Source of the DNA: a virus
Lineage: Duplodnaviria; Caudoviricetes
DNA: 43,746 nt
Reading direction: 5' to 3' (one strand)
IMG/VR virus record: IMGVR_UViG_3300030095_001128
Coordinates: 1-43,746 of that record
Shown: positions 33,948 to 42,510 of the stretch, in pieces
How positions within the stretch are numbered: the stretch's first letter is position 1
Layout: each line of letters starts with the position of its first letter
Translations under genes and position numbers: made by a program
The notes under the pieces: generated by a model
What the model was told of the DNA's origin: nothing
The model's input: only the letters and a program-made list of their open reading frames with translations
Databases searched by the model: none

Positions 33948-36900
33948 TTAATTATTTTTTTCTGGTTCAACTATTACTTTTCCGTTTTCATCTGTCCAAT
34001 TAGTTTCTTTCATGTGGTCATCTTGTCTTTCACCTATAACCAACCAAGAAACATCCGCAGTTGAATCTGTATTTTGGCAACTAATAGTTAATGTATTTCC
34101 ACTTACAGAACCTTTCACAGCATCCCAATCGGATTCATTGGATGTAAAGCATTGTATATCTGTATTTAATAAAACAAATGTACCTTCTGACATTCCAGAA
34201 ACTGTGTCAAGATTTATTTCAACAGACCCACTTGAAAGCGTAGCCCTTCCTCTGTAAATATTATCTGCTTGTGGAGCTTCGACAAAACTATGTACTAAAT
34301 GATGAGTATCTTTTTTTGATTCTAATGGGTGGTCTATTTTAAAACTACCAGAATTTTTTGATATTGAACCAGATGATAAAGTTAGCGTTTGGGTAGCAGT
34401 TCCGTTATTATATGTATATATTCTTAAATCAGAATCCTCATTACCATTTGATACATCGGTCATTCTACCAATCATCAATATTGCTTCTGTTGCATTTCCA
34501 CCATCATCATCTGCATACATATAAATTCTACCAGCTTCGTCGTTATCTGCTGGATTTGCTCTATCATTTTTTAAATTTAAAAAACCACCACTTGCATCGT
34601 CTGCTGAATCAATTAAATTTATATGTCTTGCATGAACTGTAGCACCACTATCTTGTGCCATATAAACATCAGTTACATCTCCATTACCAAGTGTTACTGA
34701 ATTATCTGTATCTACTCCTGTTACATTTTGACCTATTACAGTTTGATTGACTGCATCAGCCGCACCAGCATTTGAACCTGAACCTACAATCGTACAAGAA
34801 TTTCCAGTAGTTAAATTGTAACCTGCCCTTTGTCCCAATGCTGTATTATGACCATTATCATTATTTACTTGTGATAGTGCTTGATAACCTACAGCAGTTT
34901 GATAACTACCAGCATCTTCTTGAAATAATGCGGCATATCCAACAGCAGTCATTCTTTGTGCTGAAGTAACTGCGGCTAAAGCAGAATGACCAATAGCAGT
35001 GACTCCATCATTTACTATGTCTGCATTACCACCAGCATCAAATCCTACTAAAGTATGCCCACCACTATCTACTGTATTCCCACCAGCATCTTTCCCTACC
35101 ATGACATTTTCAATGCCTGTTGTAAAGCTATAACCAGATGCTCCACCTATAGCAACATTTGAATGTCCTGTTGTTAAAGCTTGTAATGTATTTTGCCCTA
35201 CTGATGTATTCGTATGAGCCGCTCCTTGAGCAATATATTGAGATTTAAACCCTATAGCTGTATTTGCATTTCCTGTTAAAGCCGCCGCCGCATTTGCACC
35301 TAAAGCATAATTTCCTACAGCTACGTTTTGTTCTGATGTTGAGCCATCTTTTAAAACTTGATAACCAATACCTACATTGTCACCAGCTCCAGAAGTATCC
35401 AGCATTGCACCATAACCTATCGCAACATTTCTTGCTCCATTCGTAAGTGATACAAGTGCTTGATTACCAATTGCTAAATTATCAGCCCCAGAGTTTAAAG
35501 CATATAGAGACTTATATCCGATTGCGATTTGCCCATCATTTGCAATGTCTCCACTTGCTCCAGCACCCCATCCAATATAAACACCATAGTTTGAATCAAT
35601 AGTTGCTTGACCAGCATCAAATCCAATGGCTACGTTTCCAGCCGAAATTGTAAGTTGTGCAAGGGCATTAGTACCTAAAGCTGTATTTTGGTCGCCTTGA
35701 GTTAAATCACCTAATGAATTATAACCAAATGCACTATTATTTAATGCTCCATTCATAGCACCTTGCATAGAATAAGCACCTACTGCTGTGTTTTTATTAG
35801 ATACTGCTGATACCCAACCACCAGCACCAGAACCAAAGCCTATAAATGTATTGTCAAAAGATTCATCACCATTAGCATCCAAAGCTCCACCAAAAGCCGC
35901 ATGACCAACTGCTGTATTTCTACCGCCTTGTTGCAAATCATGTCCAGCTTGGTATCCTATCAGAGTATTTTGAGTTCCTGTTGAAATGTCTTTTCCAGCT
36001 TCAAACCCAACTCCTACATTTATACCAGATGTAACATCTTTAAGAGCTTGATAACCAATTGCAGTCATACCACTTGCCCCAGCTTCCACAACACCTATAC
36101 CAACAGCATTATAACCAAGTACAACACAATTATTAACATCGTTGGAGACTACACTACCCATAGCATAGTTACCAAGAACTGTGTTTCCATCTAAGTTGGC
36201 AGTAGCTTTTGCAAATGCTTGAAATCCAATCGCTATATTATGGTCAGAAGTTGTTAGGTCATTTCCAGCATCTTCTCCTATAAGAACATTGTTATTTCCA
36301 CCAGCATCTATTGCCGCTCCAGCCAATTTTCCAAAGACTGTATTGGATGTACCACTATCATTATTACTTAATGAGATTCTGGAGTTGGTGTCTATTATCA
36401 TTCTTCTATTCCCAGCGACACCTAAAGACAATGTATTATCTCCATGCCTGTATTGAAGTTCACCTTCGTATTCAGCTTGACCACTTGTGCCATCTGCAAA
36501 TGCTATTGTACCATAACTATCATCTCCAGATACTACTGTAATTCCTGTGTGTCCAGAAGTTGCACCAACAACTAAATTATCATAATTTGCAAAATAATCA
36601 GATGGCGTTACTCCAATACCGACATTAGAAAGAAACTTTGTATTCGTTGAATTTATTTCTAATGGAATAGTCGCATCTACGGCATCATTTACTGCATTTA
36701 ATCTTAAAGATGAACTGTTTGCACTTGTTGTAAAGTTAACATTAGAAGCTACATTTACATGAAGTTTCTGACTTGCAACAGGAACAATGCCAATACCAAC
36801 TCTATCATTACCAGCATCAACAAATAGCATATTTGCATTGTTATTTGACTCTACTCTAAAATCAAAATTACCAGAAGATTCATTTAAAACTGTTTCAGAG

Positions 36901-37358
36901 CCTGTTATGGCCAATCTATTATTTGTGAGAGTACCAGCATTATTAGTATAAAAATTTAAAACACCTTCTTCTGAACCACTTCCTTTAACTCCAGCGACTG
37001 ATTCAATTCTAGCGTATTGCTCTTTGTTTCCAGCACCATCTTCTCCAAAAAAGTAAACAGTTCCAAGTAAATCTGAATTTGCTGGAGAAGCAGAGTTTCT
37101 ATATAATTCAAGAGCTGGGCCAACATTTGCATCGTCATCTGTAGATATTAAAGATAATTGAGTAGTGTTATCATCAGTTGTTATTGTTGCACTACCATTT
37201 ACTTGAATTTTATCTGTAGCCATTTGCAATGCAAAGGTAGTTCCGTTATCTCCATCTTTAATATTTACTAATGTTGTTGAGTTTCCACCACCATCTCTAT
37301 CTACATGAAGTAGCTGTTCGTATGATGATGCTATTGATTGTCCTGTTAAAGTTGCCAT
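33948..37358 (-). CDS. Long fibre / receptor-binding protein
   Basis: 1136 aa with many N(T/V)A(I/V)GxxA beta-roll repeats, VGIG fibre repeats and a C-terminal FKIDHPL...LVHSFVE...IYRG domain. Confidence 0.85.
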   Translation of the reverse strand: MATLTGQSIASSYEQLLHVDRDGGGNSTTLVNIKDGDNGTTFALQMATDKIQVNGSATITTDDNTTQLSLISTDDDANVGPALELYRNSASPANSDLLGTVYFFGEDGAGNKEQYARIESVAGVKGSGSEEGVLNFYTNNAGTLTNNRLAITGSETVLNESSGNFDFRVESNNNANMLFVDAGNDRVGIGIVPVASQKLHVNVASNVNFTTSANSSSLRLNAVNDAVDATIPLEINSTNTKFLSNVGIGVTPSDYFANYDNLVVGATSGHTGITVVSGDDSYGTIAFADGTSGQAEYEGELQYRHGDNTLSLGVAGNRRMIIDTNSRISLSNNDSGTSNTVFGKLAGAAIDAGGNNNVLIGEDAGNDLTTSDHNIAIGFQAFAKATANLDGNTVLGNYAMGSVVSNDVNNCVVLGYNAVGIGVVEAGASGMTAIGYQALKDVTSGINVGVGFEAGKDISTGTQNTLIGYQAGHDLQQGGRNTAVGHAAFGGALDANGDESFDNTFIGFGSGAGGWVSAVSNKNTAVGAYSMQGAMNGALNNSAFGYNSLGDLTQGDQNTALGTNALAQLTISAGNVAIGFDAGQATIDSNYGVYIGWGAGASGDIANDGQIAIGYKSLYALNSGADNLAIGNQALVSLTNGARNVAIGYGAMLDTSGAGDNVGIGYQVLKDGSTSEQNVAVGNYALGANAAAALTGNANTAIGFKSQYIAQGAAHTNTSVGQNTLQALTTGHSNVAIGGASGYSFTTGIENVMVGKDAGGNTVDSGGHTLVGFDAGGNADIVNDGVTAIGHSALAAVTSAQRMTAVGYAALFQEDAGSYQTAVGYQALSQVNNDNGHNTALGQRAGYNLTTGNSCTIVGSGSNAGAADAVNQTVIGQNVTGVDTDNSVTLGNGDVTDVYMAQDSGATVHARHINLIDSADDASGGFLNLKNDRANPADNDEAGRIYMYADDDGGNATEAILMIGRMTDVSNGNEDSDLRIYTYNNGTATQTLTLSSGSISKNSGSFKIDHPLESKKDTHHLVHSFVEAPQADNIYRGRATLSSGSVEINLDTVSGMSEGTFVLLNTDIQCFTSNESDWDAVKGSVSGNTLTISCQNTDSTADVSWLVIGERQDDHMKETNWTDENGKVIVEPEKNN

Positions 37359-37361
37359 AAT

Positions 37362-37493
37362 TTATCCTGTGTAATCTTCCCAATTAGTTGTTGCATCTTG
37401 CCATTTTAACTGTATAGCCTCTGCTCCAGCCCAGCCTATATCGGCTATCATCTGAGCAAAGTTAACTATAGTAGTTCTAATACCGCCTAACAT
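37362..37493 (-). CDS. Small Trp-motif structural peptide (43 aa, not in ORF track)
   Basis: MLGGIRTTIVNF...KWQDATTNWEDYTG, TAATG-coupled. Confidence 0.6.
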   Translation of the reverse strand: MLGGIRTTIVNFAQMIADIGWAGAEAIQLKWQDATTNWEDYTG

Positions 37494-37774
37494 TATTTCA
37501 ATGCCAGCATATTAGTTGCTGTCGTATTTGTTGCTTTGATTGCAGTAAACTTAACAGGAAGTATTTGACCACTTGCTAAATTTTTAAAAGTTGCATCGCT
37601 ACCGGATTGTAAAGTAAGAACTACATCTCCTCCAACACCTACATATAAAGCTGTATGGGAGCCTGATAATGTTTGATTTGAACCACCATGAACAGCAGTT
37701 ACCGCAGTCGCACTCTCGTAAATCATTTGATTGAGAGATTCTACTACTGAATATTTATTAATAGAACTAGCCAT
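37493..37774 (-). CDS. Head spike base-like protein (RcGTA Rcc01079-like)
   Basis: ALYVGVGGDV...TFKNLASGQILPV...IKATNTTATNMLAL. Confidence 0.7.
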   Translation of the reverse strand: MASSINKYSVVESLNQMIYESATAVTAVHGGSNQTLSGSHTALYVGVGGDVVLTLQSGSDATFKNLASGQILPVKFTAIKATNTTATNMLALK

Positions 37775-37833
37775 CTTGTTTCTTCCTCCTTATGCCTTAC
37801 CGAGCTTGACCTTTCTCATGGGCATCTTGATCT

Positions 37834-38265
37834 TTATGTGAAATCAGGTGGTACTATAGCCCTGCTACCTCCCGTCTTATCTCTTTTCCTCATTCCATTT
37901 TTCTGAACAGAATTTAAGAAATTACCCTGATGTAAGTTAGATAAATTTAAACTAATTGCAGAAACATTAGGATCGGCTGTAGTTCCAGCTTTATCTTGAT
38001 ATAGCCTAGCCTTTACATAGTCAATAATAGAGGTGTGAAATACATTGTCTACGTCTGGTATATCTGTAATAGCTGAGACCGTATCCGGCTCTGCATAGTA
38101 ATGTATAAGAACACCGTTTGTAACTGCTTCATCTATTGGTTTGTATTGGCCCTCTAGTGAGTGAGTAGTTCCGCTTGTTTCTCCTCTGGTAGTTACAATA
38201 GCTAAATGATTTCCACGTATGAAATAAGATATTTTATCTTCTGGGTAGTTATAAGAACTTGCCAT
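37834..38265 (-). CDS. Head-tail adaptor-like protein, C-terminal-type half
   Basis: IHYYAEP...IPDVDNVFHTSIIDYVKARLY. Confidence 0.55.
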   Translation of the reverse strand: MASSYNYPEDKISYFIRGNHLAIVTTRGETSGTTHSLEGQYKPIDEAVTNGVLIHYYAEPDTVSAITDIPDVDNVFHTSIIDYVKARLYQDKAGTTADPNVSAISLNLSNLHQGNFLNSVQKNGMRKRDKTGGSRAIVPPDFT

Positions 38266-38573
38266 TAGTCTATATCCATTGTTTGTATTTCGCCATTTAA
38301 CAACCTTGGTATCTTTACATATTCGCCACTAGAGTCCATAAAATCTACTCTAAAAACCTTATTGACATCAATACCTGAGTTGGCATCACTTAAAGTATAC
38401 CATTGCTGGTCTAATACTGAATTTACTTTTGCATACTCTACTTTAGTAGAATAGTTTCCAAGCTCTACTAACGCTTCATTAATTAAATTCATTATGTATG
38501 TTTCAGGTGCATCAGGGAAAACCTGTCGTACCCTACTAATAATTTTCTTTACTGTTAATCTATTTACAGCCAT
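38265..38573 (-). CDS. Head-tail adaptor-like protein, N-terminal-type half
   Basis: LTVKKIISRVRQ...LINEAL...QQWYTL. Confidence 0.55.
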   Translation of the reverse strand: MAVNRLTVKKIISRVRQVFPDAPETYIMNLINEALVELGNYSTKVEYAKVNSVLDQQWYTLSDANSGIDVNKVFRVDFMDSSGEYVKIPRLLNGEIQTMDID

Positions 38574-38827
38574 TAGTCTGCCTCATCCCAAGTTAATGTA
38601 GTGTTTTCCCAGCTCCTAACGGTAAAACTTTCCCAAAATCCAGTTCTAAGCCAAGTAATAGATGTTGGTAAAGTGACTAGTGTTGAAGACGGAGATGTAT
38701 TTAAATTTATTAAAGTAGACGATGGTGAAGTGTTTAATGCAGTAACGCTAGAAGATGGTGATGTGTTAAGAGTAACAGCAGTAAATGATGGAGAGGTTGA
38801 TAGTGTTACTAATGTTTTAGACATCAT
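38573..38827 (-). CDS. Small protein with tandem TLxTSPSS repeats and a Trp-rich C-terminus
   Basis: Four 11-aa repeats, then FWESFTVRSWENTTLTWDE. Confidence 0.6.
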   Translation of the reverse strand: MMSKTLVTLSTSPSFTAVTLNTSPSSSVTALNTSPSSTLINLNTSPSSTLVTLPTSITWLRTGFWESFTVRSWENTTLTWDEAD

Positions 38828-40662
38828 CCACCCCTGAGTATCTGTATACCCTTATCATAATCTAATTGCAACTTAGCTTGTTGTTTTTCATAGAAAGCAT
38901 ATTGAGCACTGTCTACAGATAACCTAGTTCCTACTTCGTTAGCGTATCCCTGTGCGATGCTAATTTTATTTGTAATTTCATTTGCATAGCCATTAGCCGC
39001 ACTGATGTAACCGCTTACAACTTGCCCATAACCACTTACCTGTGCCATGCGAGCATTTACCTCTGTTGCGTATGCAGATGCTTCTTCAGCATCGGCCCTA
39101 GCCTCTGATAGATAAGCATTTCCAAGGTTTATTCTTGCTTGAGACTCTTCTCTTTTTGTTCTGGCCTGAGCTAGTCTAATATTAACCTCATTTGAATAAC
39201 CTTGTGCAATAGAAAGTTTAGCTTGTATTTCATCACCGTAGCCTCTTGCCGCACTGGCATATCCATTTGCTGAATTTATGTAAGCTTGAACAGCTTGAGA
39301 CTTTGCTCCTGTAAAAGAAACCCTTGCATTAACCTCACTAGCAAATGCATTGACTTCTTTAGTTAATGTGTCTGAAAGAGTATTCCATTCGTCTATATAT
39401 GCTCTTGCAATTTTCAAATCTGCATCTGCGGCATTAAGGGTTGCTTGTAACTGTTGAACTCGACCGCTAGCAAGTTCAGTGTCTTCGCTAGTTAGCTCAG
39501 CATCAATATCTGCTAGGTTAGCGGCTAAATCATAATTAGCATTTGGAAAGTCTCCATTTATATAACTGATAGCTCTGTCAACATGAGTTTTTACAGAGGT
39601 TAAACCTGTTCCAGTTGTATAGACACTTTCATCTCCTAACAGAGAAGGGTCTGTGTTATCCTCTCTAAATTTATCTGCCGCTGTGTTCATTGCTGTTAAA
39701 GCTGTGTTGATGGTAGCACTTCCGTCAGTAAAAGCAGTTATCTCATCCGCTTCATTTTTTGCAAGGTCAACATGGTCGTTTATTAATGCAATCTCAGTGT
39801 GCATATTATCAGCAATACCTAAACACTCATCTATTTCTGTATTTATAGCAGTCAATGCTGTGTTTATATCTCCTTCAGAGTCTGCCTCCCCTAAGTCTAA
39901 TAAGGCATCTGATTTATCAAAATCTAAATTTGCTACACCTACTGCGGTACTAATTCTGTCTGCCGCATTTTTTAAAGCGGTTAAAGCGGTGTCTACTCCT
40001 GCATCTACTTGAGTTGCTGATTCTCCAAGCTGTATAACAGCCGCATCCACTTGATCGCTAAGTAAGTCACAAACAGCTTGAGTTTCGTCTAACTCTGTAT
40101 TAATAGCTGTTAGAGCAGTGGTTATATCTGTATTAGAACTGCGACTGCCTAAAACGTTTTGTAATGATTTTACCGAAGCATATAAAGGCACTAAGTATTC
40201 ATATTCATCTGGAAAGCTACTTATAGCAGAATCACCATAAGCTACAGCAGGGTTGTTGACCTCTAGATATTTACAACTTCCTGATGCTGGTAAAGCATTT
40301 AGCTTTCCATTGTAAATGTAATACACTGGGTCTGTAGCCGTAGCCGCTATCATATCGTCACTATCAGATGCTTTACCTCTTAATACAGCAGGTATCTCAC
40401 GACAAGGTTGGTCTATGGTTCCGTCACTTCTTGTTACAGACAATACAGAAGAAGACTCTAGGGTTTCTGCTTCGCTACCTACTGCCGCACTTGTAAATGT
40501 ATCTTCTGTTGCACATAAAAATTTTAAAGGTGCTGGCATAGCATTAATAACCTCAGCCGCACCATCTGTTAAAAACTGAGTGAGCTCTGTTTGCGTTGGT
40601 GCACTACTACCATCTATACTTAGACTTGTTAATCCTTCTACTTGTGCTTCAAATGTAGCCAT
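38824..40662 (-). CDS. Adaptor/tail-tubular-like structural protein with long helical insertion
   Basis: N-terminal LTQFLTDGA...DPVYYI...FPDEYEYLVPLYAS, then about 400 aa of Ala-rich heptads. Confidence 0.55.
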   Translation of the reverse strand: MATFEAQVEGLTSLSIDGSSAPTQTELTQFLTDGAAEVINAMPAPLKFLCATEDTFTSAAVGSEAETLESSSVLSVTRSDGTIDQPCREIPAVLRGKASDSDDMIAATATDPVYYIYNGKLNALPASGSCKYLEVNNPAVAYGDSAISSFPDEYEYLVPLYASVKSLQNVLGSRSSNTDITTALTAINTELDETQAVCDLLSDQVDAAVIQLGESATQVDAGVDTALTALKNAADRISTAVGVANLDFDKSDALLDLGEADSEGDINTALTAINTEIDECLGIADNMHTEIALINDHVDLAKNEADEITAFTDGSATINTALTAMNTAADKFREDNTDPSLLGDESVYTTGTGLTSVKTHVDRAISYINGDFPNANYDLAANLADIDAELTSEDTELASGRVQQLQATLNAADADLKIARAYIDEWNTLSDTLTKEVNAFASEVNARVSFTGAKSQAVQAYINSANGYASAARGYGDEIQAKLSIAQGYSNEVNIRLAQARTKREESQARINLGNAYLSEARADAEEASAYATEVNARMAQVSGYGQVVSGYISAANGYANEITNKISIAQGYANEVGTRLSVDSAQYAFYEKQQAKLQLDYDKGIQILRGG

Positions 40663-41048
40663 TACTTAGCTCTCCTAACTTTTCTTGCTACTGTTTTACT
40701 GTACTTTGCCTTGGGTCTTCCAGATGCTGTAGCTTTTCTTTTCTTTCTATTTGTAGCCGCTTTCTGACTTTTGGTTAAACTTTTCCTAACAGTTTCTGGT
40801 AAATAACGACCACGTTTCTTCTTTGGTTTTTTTTTATCACCTTTACTAACATAATCCCATTTTTGTTTTGACCACTTAGACAGCTTATTTTTAGATGACT
40901 TTTTACCAGAATATGTTCCCCCCATATCCTTATAATATTTTACAGCAAGTTGCATAGCTCTAGCAGAGTGCTTACCACCCATTTTAGCTTTTGCCTTTGC
41001 TTTGGCTCTCGCCCACTTGGCGGGGTCTCTTTTCTTTGCTGTTGCCAT
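40662..41048 (-). CDS. Highly basic conserved phage protein (DUF5872-like)
   Basis: SARAMQLAVKYYK..GGTY, KWSKQKW, RYLP. Confidence 0.7.
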   Translation of the reverse strand: MATAKKRDPAKWARAKAKAKAKMGGKHSARAMQLAVKYYKDMGGTYSGKKSSKNKLSKWSKQKWDYVSKGDKKKPKKKRGRYLPETVRKSLTKSQKAATNRKKRKATASGRPKAKYSKTVARKVRRAK

Positions 41049-41170
41049 TACTTCTTAATCTTTTTTACTTTACCGTTTTTTGTTCTAGCAAACTTATAAG
41101 TTTTTGTCTCCCTTATCAAGGTTCCAGAGTGTTTCTTTCCACCCCACATCCAACTAACTTTCTTAGACAT
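41048..41170 (-). CDS. Small basic protein (40 aa, not in ORF track)
   Basis: MSKKVSWMWGGKKHSGTLIRETKTYKFARTKNGKVKKIKK, TAATG-coupled on both sides. Confidence 0.65.
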   Translation of the reverse strand: MSKKVSWMWGGKKHSGTLIRETKTYKFARTKNGKVKKIKK

Positions 41171-41334
41171 TATTTCTTTTTCTTTGCCTTGGAGTGAGTC
41201 ATTTGAATTTTAAAATCAGCCATAAGGCTTGCACCTTTATGTTTTTTAAACGCACCACTGTGCTTCATTAGCTTGTAGCCACTGCCAGCTTTCATCCAAT
41301 GATAACCTTTTGGAGCTTTTACTTTTTTGTTCAT
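41170..41334 (-). CDS. Small basic protein (54 aa, not in ORF track)
   Basis: MNKKVKAPKGYHWMK..., coupled on both sides. Confidence 0.65.
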   Translation of the reverse strand: MNKKVKAPKGYHWMKAGSGYKLMKHSGAFKKHKGASLMADFKIQMTHSKAKKKK

Positions 41335-41657
41335 TTCTTTTTACCTCTTGCTTTCTTGGCTTTATTCCTTGCACTGATAGCCTTTGCCTTTTTCCTTGCA
41401 TCGGCTTTTGAGCTAGCACCCCATACTCTTAGAGAAAGCAATAAACGTGTAGGCTTACCATCTTTCTTCTCAGGGCCGGGCATATTACCCATCCTAGCAA
41501 GGAACTTAGCCCTTCTAGGATTATCACCAGACTTTACTGGAGCTTTTAATTTTCCACCTTTATAGCTGGCTCTACCCTTAGCGTTTAGACCACCTTTAGG
41601 GTTTTTACCTGCTTTTCTCGTCCAAGCCGCAGACTTATATTTCTTCTTAGCTGGCAT
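41331..41657 (-). CDS. Highly basic conserved phage protein (DUF6321-like)
   Basis: AWTRKAGKNPKGGLNAKGRASY...RRAKFLARM...SLRVW. Confidence 0.7.
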   Translation of the reverse strand: MPAKKKYKSAAWTRKAGKNPKGGLNAKGRASYKGGKLKAPVKSGDNPRRAKFLARMGNMPGPEKKDGKPTRLLLSLRVWGASSKADARKKAKAISARNKAKKARGKKK

Positions 41658-41853
41658 AGCCTAAGTTCTTTCTCATCTTAGCTGTGTTGTCTGATATGGA
41701 TTGAACCGATAATTCTACATCCGTTCTTTTGCCCATGTCTGATCTCATCCACATATTAGTAGTGAACTTGCTTTCAGAAGCTCTTTTACCACAATACTTG
41801 CAGTAAAACCAGTTCCCTTTGTTTTCTTTCTTACAGTGCATACAATTATTCAT
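41647..41853 (-). CDS. Zinc-ribbon protein
   Basis: CMHC...FYCKYCG, AAGGAG RBS. Confidence 0.7.
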   Translation of the reverse strand: MNNCMHCKKENKGNWFYCKYCGKRASESKFTTNMWMRSDMGKRTDVELSVQSISDNTAKMRKNLGYAS

Positions 41854-41862
41854 ATTATCTCC

Positions 41863-41913
41863 TTTTAGGTTTTAGGGGCTATCTTTTATTGATAACCCCT
41901 ACAGTACCTAAAA
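41863..41913 (-). terminator. Long hairpin after the capsid genes
   Basis: TTTTAGGT/ACCTAAAA outer and TAGGGGCTATC/GATAACCCCTA inner inverted repeats. No T-tract follows on the - strand. Confidence 0.45.
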
Positions 41914-41935
41914 CTGTTATCCTTATGTATTCGGA

Positions 41936-42499
41936 TTAAAGTACAGTATACTCGACTTGAAGTTGGTATCTACCAGCATCAAAGTTAGAAACGTGATTTA
42001 TAGCTGTAGTTGTACGAACATAAATATAATTCGTAGCTACAGGCAGTATAATCAAAGGCTGTGCCCACATAATACCAGCGGTATTAAAATCGACATCAAC
42101 TTCTGTTATACTCAAATCAGCCGCTAAATTTGCATTTCTGTATGTAGCACCCGCTCCAAACAGCTCAACAGCACCAGTTACAGCTCCGTTAAGTGCTTCA
42201 TCGGCGGCTGTTCCAGCGGCAATACTACCAACCATGGTAGCACCCGCCGCAACAGAGCAGTTCCAAGTTATTTTCTCAACAAGAACCTTACTTGCTGAGT
42301 GATAACCACCCGGCACACTTACATCTAGTGCCCCTGCGTATGCAATAATATCATTATCGCCATAAGCAGTAGTAGCACTATCTAAAAGAGCTTCTTGTGT
42401 TGATCCTGAGTATGTAAATACTTTTTTCGTTCCACCGACTTCGTGAGCTTCTTGTGACTGAAAACTACTACTATTCGGATTGATTACGTCTGTTTTCAT
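41936..42499 (-). CDS. Putative capsid decoration / minor capsid protein
   Basis: 187 aa, beta-rich, immediately downstream of the capsid gene. Confidence 0.55.
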   Translation of the reverse strand: MKTDVINPNSSSFQSQEAHEVGGTKKVFTYSGSTQEALLDSATTAYGDNDIIAYAGALDVSVPGGYHSASKVLVEKITWNCSVAAGATMVGSIAAGTAADEALNGAVTGAVELFGAGATYRNANLAADLSITEVDVDFNTAGIMWAQPLIILPVATNYIYVRTTTAINHVSNFDAGRYQLQVEYTVL

Positions 42500-42510
42500 T
42501 ATCTAACTCC

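Noticed and set aside
856-41565. Antisense and alternate-frame ORFs in the track (e.g. 856, 2872, 5305, 5337, 7461, 22533, 34012, 39653, 41299)
   Set aside because: They are shadows of longer genes with recognisable motifs, and have no RBS or protein-like features.
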